Source: Phoronis australis (lineage: Eukaryota; Animalia; Phoronida). From it: 64,000 nt of DNA. The position numbers and the translations under genes were made by a program. The notes under the pieces are model-generated. The model saw nothing but the letters and a program-made list of their open reading frames with translations. It was not told the origin of the DNA and searched no databases. The stretch covers positions 62,315 through 126,314 of the forward strand of contig NMRA01000836.1 of assembly GCA_002633005.1 (NCBI GenBank). Reading direction: 5' to 3'. Position 1 is the first letter of the stretch. Each line of letters begins with the position of its first letter. Of the stretch, positions 24,601-33,600 are shown piece by piece.

Positions 24601-25645
24601 GATTCTAACAACATCTGGCGTAATCCTCTCATTACTGAAAACTTGTTGATTTATAAATACCTCACGCACTCTTCATTTGTCCACCAGGTGGTGTCAGGGC
24701 ATGGCATTGATCGCCACCTGTTGGGCCTGAAGCTGGCTGCCATTGAAAGTGGAAGGAATGTTCCTGACTTGTTCATGGATCCGGCATATGCACTTAACTT
24801 TCACTTTAAACTGTCCACTAGTCAGGTAAGTGTCACAGGGCGTAGTTGTCAAGGTAATGGCTAACGTGGTAATTGTCACGTAAGGGGGGTATTTGTCAGG
24901 TAAGGGGCATGGGGGGGTATTTGTCAGGTAAGGCTTTTCAGGTTAGGGGCCTGTGAGAATTATCAGATATGGTGTTTAAGAGGTCATTGTCGGGTAAGGG
25001 ATGCAGAGGGTAGTTGAAGGTTAGGGTGTAAGGGGTTGTAGGGGAAGCAGAGTAAGGGATTAGTGTCAGATCGGTTGATGGGTATAAGGATGTGATGGGT
25101 AGTTGTCAGGTAAGGGGTGCTTGGGTGGTTGGTGCACTAACATGCTCGTTGTTTCCTCTCTAAGCATTTGATTCCATGTTCATCCATTCTTATAATTATG
25201 TTGATCAATCTTACAAGACTAGTACAAGAAGGTCTTTTTTAGTTCGTTTCTTCTTCAGATTTTGCCTCTTGTTCATAGCAGTGGTTTGTTGAGACCTTNA
25301 AGATACATGTAGACACTGTAGAGCAAGAATATCTGATTGATGGACGAGAAAAATTTTTTTGTGAAAATCTCATCACTTCTCTAATAAATTTCTGTCATCT
25401 CATGTACGACATCCTCGTTCATGTTTCAGGTGCCAGCCAAGACGGAGGCCATCTTGTGTTTCGGTCCGGTAGTGCCCAATGGTTACGGTGTGTGTTACAA
25501 CCCACAACAGGACCAGATCCTCTACTGTGTCAGCGCTTTCAACAGCAGCCCAGAGACAAAGTCAGCTGAGTTTGTAGAGACACTGAAACAGAGTCTCATA
25601 GACATGTGTACTGTACTGGAGCAGAGTCCACAGGCAAAGTTATAG
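9630..25645 (+). CDS. CRAT: Carnitine O-acetyltransferase, 14 exons, N-terminal mitochondrial-type presequence and C-terminal PTS1 (AKL)
   Basis: Exons 9630-9656, 16654-16848, 17134-17220, 17691-17809, 18092-18145, 18621-18789, 19050-19224, 19446-19627, 20336-20436, 22821-22937, 23277-23399, 23908-24106, 24688-24825 and 25430-25645, all GT-AG and in phase. Motifs LPRLPVPPL, NRWFDKTLQ, catalytic YEHASAEGPP, SPDAFFQ, GRTDTIRS, GIDRHLLGL, LSTSQV, GYGVCYNP, QAKL-stop. Confidence 0.96.
11130..11970. repeat. About 300-bp diverged tandem repeat, about 3 copies
   Basis: tcagtcc(g/c)gagtgctgcat at about 11539 and 11840, related copy near 11180. Confidence 0.7.
12623..12830 (+). mobile_element. tRNA-derived SINE relic
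   Basis: A-box-like tgcctcagtgg and B-box-like gacttcgaatcc at tRNA spacing, no cloverleaf or CCA end. Confidence 0.5.
15041..15115. repeat. 15-bp minisatellite x5
   Basis: cattgtaactaggg repeated. Confidence 0.9.
16429..16601. mobile_element. Short non-autonomous TIR element, same family as 61092-63132
   Basis: TIR TGACCTATCGC / GCGACAGGTCA; internal gtttgtcgggtaaaatggcg shared with 63040. Confidence 0.7.
16654..16848 (+). CDS. CRAT: CRAT exon 2
   Basis: gacag| acceptor, |gtaagt donor; LPRLPVPPLEQTL. Confidence 0.93.
17134..17220 (+). CDS. CRAT: CRAT exon 3
   Basis: tttttag| acceptor, |gtaggt donor; ICQEFGKAGGLGEDLQAILYDRAHLRTNW. Confidence 0.9.
17691..17809 (+). CDS. CRAT: CRAT exon 4
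   Basis: atttcag| acceptor, |gtaaga donor; LSEWWQQKAYLEVRDPVVIHCSPG. Confidence 0.92.
18092..18145 (+). CDS. CRAT: CRAT exon 5
   Basis: ttctcag| acceptor, |gtaagt donor; FAAKLITAVLDYKNMVD. Confidence 0.9.
18229..18385. mobile_element. Short MITE related to elements at 1-152 and 53215-53446
   Basis: Imperfect TIR cagggctctgcttcatggaa / ttcgtgaaacggagcccag; shared ttagacttaa motifs. Confidence 0.5.
18621..18789 (+). CDS. CRAT: CRAT exon 6
   Basis: tgccag| acceptor, |gtaagt donor; PLCMDQYFKIFSACRIPG. Confidence 0.93.
19050..19224 (+). CDS. CRAT: CRAT exon 7
   Basis: ctttcag| acceptor, |gtacaa donor; LGLMTSENRNTWG. Confidence 0.9.
19446..19627 (+). CDS. CRAT: CRAT exon 8
   Basis: ccttag| acceptor, |gtaagg donor; SIFVVCLD..NSGNRWFDKTLQ. 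Confidence 0.93.
20336..20436 (+). CDS. CRAT: CRAT exon 9 (catalytic His)
   Basis: ctttag| acceptor, |gtaagt donor; FIVGSDGSVGLSYEHASAEGPPI. Confidence 0.93.
21770..22083. mobile_element. Foldback MITE with about 135-bp inverted arms
   Basis: agatcaagtttgagtctaatactg..gttttggcca mirrored by tggccaaaac..cagtattagactcaaacttgatct. Confidence 0.85.
22480..22613 (+). mobile_element. Probable 3' tail of a non-LTR retroelement
   Basis: Stem agggctctcat..atggggctaccct followed by (AATA)n tail. Confidence 0.4.
22821..22937 (+). CDS. CRAT: CRAT exon 10
   Basis: tttttag| acceptor, |gtaggt donor; PERLKFNMAAEIHGAIAEA. Confidence 0.85.
23277..23399 (+). CDS. CRAT: CRAT exon 11
   Basis: ttgcag| acceptor, |gtaagt donor; FGKKFIKSQKLSPDAFFQMAIQLAYF. 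Confidence 0.93.
23908..24106 (+). CDS. CRAT: CRAT exon 12
   Basis: atttcag| acceptor, |gtagga donor; ATYESGSLRRFQLGRTDTIRS. Confidence 0.93.
24688..24825 (+). CDS. CRAT: CRAT exon 13
   Basis: ccaccag| acceptor, |gtaagt donor; GHGIDRHLLGLKL..LSTSQ. Confidence 0.93.
25430..25645 (+). CDS. CRAT: CRAT exon 14 (terminal)
   Basis: gtttcag| acceptor; FGPVVPNGYGVCYNP..QAKL-stop. Confidence 0.94.
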   Translation: MPAKTEAILCFGPVVPNGYGVCYNPQQDQILYCVSAFNSSPETKSAEFVETLKQSLIDMCTVLEQSPQAKL

Positions 25646-26594
25646 GTTGAGACATTGGGGCAGTCTGTAGTGGGCACATATTGTGTACTCGAGCAACAAT
25701 GACGTCTTAGAGTACAACACTGTCCAACTCATTACAGTTGTCAAGTGGCTTTACAATCTATGAGGAGAAGTGATAATCATGAGGAAAATGGAAAATCATA
25801 ATTACTAACAACGCTTTTGAGAATTGTTTATAAGAAATGGATTATTAAAACCAAAGTGTAAAAAATTATGAATTGACCTTCAGTGAGTGTAGAAGAAAAA
25901 TTATACGAATACACTTAAAGTGACTGTAGAAAGAAGAAAACTCAGCAGACTGACTATAAATCATGATTGAGAAGAGAATAATTCATGGTGAGGATTTGGC
26001 TCAATAGTTAAGAGAAGCAGACTATTGTTTAAACTTGGTGGCAAAGTGTTACACATACTTCCTACCATCTGTTGCTATGAGTGGTGAATAATGTCGAGCC
26101 AGTGTGAAACAAGCCACAGTGGCAATAAACCCATCTTTGCGTTACCATGTCAACGACTGCACAGTTGTTTGCTTACCTTCATATTGCAATAGTCAAGTAT
26201 GGTTTCAGCCATCTTGTTGGTGAGGTCACAAATACTGGTAGCAACGTTTGACCTAGTGGCGTCGGGTGCATTTCATTTAGTTGTAGGACTGTGCAATGTT
26301 GAAGTGTGACTTTTGGGTATTGCACAGTACTGTGACTGTATCTAGTCAATATGTGTACAGTAACTGCTTGTGTGCTCACTGTGCGTACGGTCATCATGTC
26401 TTCATGTTATTCTGTTGGTCTCGCTGAAAGGTTGTTGCTCGTTATGAAGGCAAAGTTCAAGTTAGAAATGAATCCGGTGTTGCATTTGTTGCTGATTAAT
26501 TATCGTGTTAATTGGCATATTTGAGATTGTTAAGCTGTGCGAAATGGTTGTAATATATATTATATGATTTACTTTGTTGTCAGCATTAATACTG

Positions 26595-26998
26595 TGGTGA
26601 ATGAGACAGTGTGAGTGAATCACTGGGAGACATGTCAGATGAATGAGACAGTGTGAGTGAGTCACTGGGAGACATGTCAGATGAATGAGACAGTGTGAGT
26701 GAGTCACTGGGAGACATGTCATATGAATGAGACAGTGTGAATGAATCACTGGGAGACATGTCAGATGAATGAGACAGTGTGAATGAATCATTGGGAGACA
26801 TGTCAGATGAATGAGACAGTGTGAATGAATCATTGGGAGACATGTCAGATGAATGAGACAGTGTGAGTGAATCATTGGGAGACATGTCATATGAATGAGA
26901 CAGTGTGAATGAATCACTGGGAGACGTGTCATATGAATGAGGCAGTGTGAGTGAATCACTGGGAGACATGTCGGATGAATGAGACAGTGTGAGTGAGA
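26595..26998. repeat. 42-bp minisatellite, about 9.5 copies
   Basis: gaatgagacagtgtgagtgaatcactgggagacatgtcagat repeated; explains ORFs 26462..27043 and 26586..27017. Confidence 0.95.
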
Positions 26999-27699
26999 AT
27001 ATTTTGAATGTATACATGTATGCGCGTTATGTGGATGAAACAACTTATTGTAAGATTGTGACCTTGAGGATAAAGATGGAGACCACAGAGGTGACGGACA
27101 GTGTTGAGAGGATGTTGACTGTTACCGATGTGTTGCAATCAACCACTAGTAGCTATCACATTATTGGCCTCTCGTGACGTAGATCACATGACCAATTTGC
27201 TGCATGTTTTGGAACTGGTATGAGTATTAGTACTGTTAAAATATTAGTTGTACACTTCCCCATTTTTACCTCCGATTCGTGTAATTATTAGTTTGAGATG
27301 TGTGTGCAGGTCACGTTGGCTAAGATTACCCGTCACTGTAAGAAGTACTGTGCCGTCAGTGTAGCGTGATGTTCACGCAAATGCTGATTGTAGGTATTCT
27401 ATTGCAGCTGTGAATATTTTGTTGAGCAAATACTGACAGATTTTTGATAATGCTGGTTGTTACAATTTACATTTTGAAAGAGAATACTAGGCTGGTAGAT
27501 CTTGGGTGTTGCGATGATTTTGCATGACCCAAAAATGATCTGCAATCATGGTGCGTTTGTTCTAGTCATATCCATAGGGACGAGGGTCACCTGGGCACGA
27601 GACATTGAGCACACAAGTGCATTAATGTGAAGTTGATAAATGCCCTATGTTAATACCATGACAACTGCATATCGTACGACATTCCTGGCACTTGAACGC

Positions 27700-28135
27700 T
27701 CCCTTCCAAGTTATGGATAGTTCAGCATCTCGGTACTGGTACCCCCTTATGAAGTCATGGCTGATCCACTATTGGTACCCTCTCATGAAGTCATGGATGG
27801 TTCACTATTTGTACCCCCTTATGAAGTCATGGATGGTTCACTATTAGTACCCCCTTATGAAGTCATGGATGGGTCATGGTCTTACTATCATTTCCCCTTC
27901 ATGAAATGCATGGATGGTTTACCGTCTACCCATACCTGCTAATGAAGTCATGAATGGTTCACTATTTTTTGGTACCCCCTTACGAAGTCATGGATAGTTC
28001 ACCTTCCCCTTATGAAGTCATTGATGGTTTGCCATCTATTAACACCCTCTTATAAAATCATGGATGCCTAATTTGTTGATGCCCCCTCAAGTAGTTATCA
28101 TTGTCCACCTTAGTGGCCCCCTCTTATGAAGTCCA
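27700..28135. repeat. About 36-bp degenerate minisatellite
   Basis: gtacccccttatgaagtcatggatggttcactatt repeated. Confidence 0.85.
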
Positions 28136-28969
28136 GCATCCACCATTGTGTAATTGACCATTGCAAAATTCACCATGTTTGATGTTGTGAAAGAAAAAAT
28201 CTATCATCGTGTCTTAAAGTGTAAAATGAACAGTTTCATACTAAACCCAGTTTTGGAGATTTCAACCAATCCTCATTCTATGCCCTGCAAATTTACCATC
28301 ACCATCTCACTTGTTGAGGGATAAAAGCTGGCTTCAACTAAAACATATAACCTCTGTGTCACTGAATAGATGGTTCTAGGTTGGTAATCTTTCCCTAGAA
28401 TTATCCTGTAACTGAAGCGTAGGTCACTCTTGCCAACTAAGCATAATTTAATGAATTTTCTTAATTTGCACCAAGCTTTTTGATAGAGGATTGCAAAGAA
28501 TGGTGTTATTTTAGAGTGGTTGGTGATAAATTTGCTAAAACTGGGTTAAGTATCCTCTTGAGTTGTGATAGTCAGTGGTCAAATATGTGCACGGCAAAGT
28601 AATACTGAGTGGTCAGACACACATTTGCACTAGTTTTATTCCATCACTTGTAAAGGAATTAATATGTACAGTAATCATACACATTCTATATACACATTAC
28701 ACAATAAAATCTCTTAATAATAACATGTTGGTGTTGCTCCAGCTTCACATCATAAATCACCCACACAACTACATTATTTCCCTTTGTGTGGTGCTGAAGT
28801 GTCGTACAATTCCAACAGATGCCGCTGCTGTTAGGTTCATAAACATCACTGACATGACCAACTCACTCATACATGAATGAGCATAAGACTTGTGCGCGAA
28901 CAGTGCAGTGTAGTTGATATCAACATGAGGTCTGATACCAGTCCATATCACGCCTATTTACATTAACTA

Positions 28970-29787
28970 CAAGCGACCTCGCTTAACTCATGGCAAAAGT
29001 CATCAGTCTGCATATTAGGTCGTCACTTTTCTTTTTGTCATCCGATTACATACCCTTTTATTTCCATGAAAAAGTTCGCCGTTAAGTCGTTGCCATTTTA
29101 GCTCAACTCGTCACACAAAAGTGGAATCTGTCCCGACATTTGCTCATAAAAAACTTTCTGGTATTTGTAAGTAGTCTCAAATGAATTTGAGCTGCCACGC
29201 GTATTCCTAACAAGCATGATTGTGACGGCTGAAGCTCATGCAAAGTATCGCTAATTGTAACAAGAAATGACCGTTTCAAAAAGCTGACAAAGTTGGACTT
29301 TATTCCTTTCAAAAGAATCCTAAAAACTAAACTCTTCATAACACATTCTCCAACTAACTTCAATGAAATTTTTGAAATGACAAAAACATTTATCTGAACT
29401 CCTAAAATAACTACTAGTTTTTGGCCAAATAAGCAATTTGTTTACAGACCCCGTGTCATGGATTGTGATGTTAAGTGAGCATTGCCAGTGTATTCTGTTC
29501 TATTCCAATTGACTAACACACCAGACGAAATTTGGCAAATATCGCAATATTATTCATCCAGTATCCCACTGTCCTTTTCGTTTTCAACTTCATGCTGATC
29601 AAATTACACATTATCGTTTAATCCATAAATCGACGATGTCAAAACTGACATACCCGGCAACGATCGCTGTCAGAATGAGTATATCCCACTGAAGTCATCA
29701 AAACAAAGACTTACATATCAGTCGTCATTTGGATAAGTCGCTGCTTTTTTGCGGTTCCGAAGATTACGTTTTAAGCGAGGTGGCCTG
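28970..29787. mobile_element. Non-autonomous Tc1/mariner-pogo-like element
   Basis: TA|CAAGCGACCTCGCTTAA ... TTAAGCGAGGTGGCCTG|TA: imperfect TIR with TA duplication. Confidence 0.65.
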
Positions 29788-30497
29788 TATAACTATACAA
29801 CTTTAAGCCCTTGAAATGACTAAGGCCTCTGTGAATCTTCACAGTTAGAAATGTACTGTGAGTTGACAAGCCCACCGCACACATTGTATGAGCTGACAGC
29901 AAATTAAAAGGAAGTGAATTCTGTGACGTGAAGTATTTCAGTAGAGCAATGCGGATGAACTCTCATTAATGTCTACAAATGACACGTGGTAAAATATTAC
30001 ACAAAATTGTCCTTTTCACAATTTTCAAGTACCACTAACGATAACAATGAATGCCCCGAAATGTTCCAAACATTGTGAGATCTAGTGATGTCATCTGGTA
30101 GTGTGTAAGGAACAGAACTTGAACAAGGAAAATTATTGAGTGTCGCATGTCTATTGCGGAAAACAAATTCAGTTGGTGCAATATCGTGTCCTAACAAACT
30201 GCACATCTGCTGATTACCAGTCCCAGTCCCTGTCTCTAGTCACTGTCTGAAGTTACTGCCTGCAGTCACTGTATGTCCATTGCCCAGCCTCAGTCAAGAC
30301 GTCAGAAAAAAAAATGTGAACTCGACACATTTTAAAATGGTGTACCACAACAGATTGATACATGTACAGAACTTGAAAAACATTGTGGTTAGTCATTAAC
30401 AGTCACGTGTTACAGTCACGTGACCAACTTTACGTCATCGGCCTTGCACGAATGACGCAATCCACTCGGTACATTACAGAATAAGGCATCTGAGTCA

Positions 30498-30688
30498 TTA
30501 TAAAAAATAAGGTGTTGTTGTGCGAGCGGGTATAACACGTTCTGAATCGGGCACAGCTCGGAACAACTTTGCCTCTTTATTGTCCAGGTCCTCGAAGGCC
30601 AGAACAGCTGCTATGTTGCCACACCTGTAGCAGTAGTTGGGGGCAGACCACACGGTCACTAGCTTCTCATCAAACATGTACTTGTAAC
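30498..30688 (-). CDS. PPP6C: PPP6C exon 9 (terminal)
   Basis: gtgcag| acceptor; [29 protein letters not shown]-stop. Confidence 0.95.
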
Positions 30689-33600
30689 CTGCACAGAGAG
30701 AGAAAACGTGAAGTGACAGGGGACACAACTACTATGATACTGAATATACAGGGGACACAACCACCATGATACTGAATATACACACAGTGCAGAGAGAATG
30801 TTTATACATTACACCTAAACGCATACTTATGCTGTAAATTACACGTGCACTCACAGTCACTTTCTAACAATTCTTAAAGGTGGTTTTCGATCAAATTGCT
30901 CAATTTCAAAGCATAGTTAATTCATACTTGGGATTACAATAAATACACTATCAGCTTTGCAGATAAGACTTAAAGACGTCACATAATGCGGTGTCACATA
31001 AAGCTATGTCTCATAACACAACTAGATAACCCGTAAATACAATGACAATCAAAAGCAGAGTTAAGTAGATAAACTACGTGAAGATGACCCTCACCTTCGT
31101 GAACCAGTTGATGAGCGCGGCAGATTAGGCTGATGCCATTTACATGAACAAACTGAAAGAAAAACAATACATGAAGAACCCAAGTCAACACTACAGAGCT
31201 AGCATAGAGTCCAGTATGCTTAAGGTCAAACTAGTGTGAGGAATGATTATATACACCTCAATTCAGCAGTCACATAAACAACAAACAGCTGACAACATCC
31301 TCCCAGCATTACCTCCCATGTAAAACTACATCGAATTATGCAGTCCCTTCTCCCATGCATGACAACATAGTCGACTTAATTCGCAAATCAAATCACGTTC
31401 TAATTGGTATGTATCCGTCATCTCATTGGTTAGTTTAGCACACATGACTGCCACCTCATGTTCTAATTGATATGCATCCCTCATCTCATTGGTTACTTTA
31501 GCACACATGACTGCCACCTCATGTTCTAATTGATATGCATCCCTCATCTCATTGGTTACTTTAGCACACATAACTCCGACCTCATGTTCTACTTCATATG
31601 CATCTCTCACCTCATTGGTTACTTTAGCACCAAACAGCCAACCAGCTCCTCTAGGACTGATAGCCCACGTGTCTACATCTTCAGGATCAGACCAGACAAG
31701 ATGTACACAAAGGTGTTAAGGAAATACCTAGTGTCTTTTAACTGCCCCAAACACAGTGTCGACATTGTTCACAGTTACCCCCATATACACTTACCTTATA
31801 TCACCAAATGGACAAAACTGCCAGGCAGAACATAACTTGTGAGATACATTGCAATGCTGGTTCACTTAAGGTCATCATTCTATAAAGGGAACACAACTTA
31901 TGCGCTTAAGCTTTGGAAGGTGGGGACACGTCTTTAATTCCTTTTAAGGGAAAGACAACGCATGATGTGTACTCAAAAGAAGCAATAACATGTAAACTAA
32001 AAAGTCGACTACGAAATGATATATAACCAGAGATTGATGTAGATAACGGTCGGATATAACGTGTACGAATTTTGAGAACCAGTTTTCTCCACTGGTTCTC
32101 AAAACACGGGCACATTATACCCGTCTATTGCCCTGACGTTTACAGGTTGAAACATGGCGTTTTTTATAACTGTTGTCTTAAAAGGAGAGTGTCAAGTGTG
32201 TACTTCAATGAGATTTAGAAGAGCAATTGGCAATGAGCCAATGGACGATATACTACATTTTGGAGAAATTGGACAAACGCCGTGTTCATTCTTTTTTCAA
32301 AAATTGAAGAATTTTTACAATAACCCAAATTAGTTTAAATGCAAAAGCGATAAAATGTTTTACAAATACACTTCAAGAGTGTTTAACTGTCTGTGCCAAA
32401 GTCGAGAGTAGAGTATTGCTTTTCATACAGATTTGGAGGAAATTAAACATCTAAGACTGTGGACATATAGCCAATGCAATGTGGGCGATGACACCCCGCC
32501 TGAGGCCAGTGTTCAGGAATGTTCTAGATCACAAAGGATATCACAGAAGGCACCTTTGTGAGGTATCTCCTGGTTCCGCTCAATAGTGCGTATCTGGTCA
32601 ATAGTCTTGATGTCTGGTGATAGTCCTCCGTGCACACAAAGAATACTCTCCTCAACTATGGCTGCTACAGTCAGCAAGTCAAACACCTTGCAACAGTAGC
32701 GCCACGCATTGGCATTGCCATACTTGGTCTGACACTCATCTGTAATGTGGACAAAAAGCATGAAATGAACACGTGTATAGCAAGAGGTGGCCTTGACATT
32801 TTTCATTGAACAAATAGTAAATAAAGTCATCAAAATTCAGTCACAAGTGTGACAAAAGAAAATGAAGTTTTGTGGACCAAGAATTTAACTAAACAGTACC
32901 GCAAGAATAACATTTTTGAGCTATTCAACATGTTTTATACAACACACCCATCCACCACAGAACAGGCCCACTCACCACAGAACACTCTCACTGACCACAG
33001 AACAGGTCCACTCACCACAGAACACGCCCACTCACCCCAGAACACGCCCACTCACCGCAGAGCACGCCCACTCACCACAAAACACGCCCACTCACCATAG
33101 AATCCATACACCTGAGTGATCTGCCTACTCTCATGATTACCCCGTAATAGTGTGATCTTGTCAGGCCATCTAAAATACAACTTGAACATGTCAATGTTAA
33201 ATGAAGACACATGACTTTCAACAAAGTAAGTTCAGAATTCAAAATGAGTGACAGTAATGCTTAGAGTTCAAGCAGCCTAGTCAATGCTCAGGCAAAACAG
33301 CTGAAAATATGCAAATGGAACTAATCAGTATATTATACCATTAGCTGAATTTTGTAATAAACCTTAAAGACTCCTAAAGGTTGGGTGGGGGGTGGCTCCG
33401 GAGCTGCATGCACTCTAGATTTGATAGATATGAATGATTTGACTTTTGGCACCAAATTGCTGCTGCATTCTTTTTTGTATGGCTTCCAAAAAGATTTTGT
33501 GGTTTCATTTGGCCTATGCCTAAGTCCTCCCACCATAGCAACAACCATAGCAACAACTGGCAATAGACCGTTGAAATGAATAAATGGCAAGTGGGTAATA

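Noticed and set aside
26462-27043. 193-aa His/Cys-rich and 143-aa Ser/Asp-rich repetitive ORFs
   Set aside because: Both are translations of the 42-bp minisatellite; no splice signals or unique flanking coding sequence
32513-32545. Apparent premature stop in PPP6C (DILCDLEHS-stop) suggesting a pseudogene
   Set aside because: It is read-through into the AT-AC intron; splicing restores the frame
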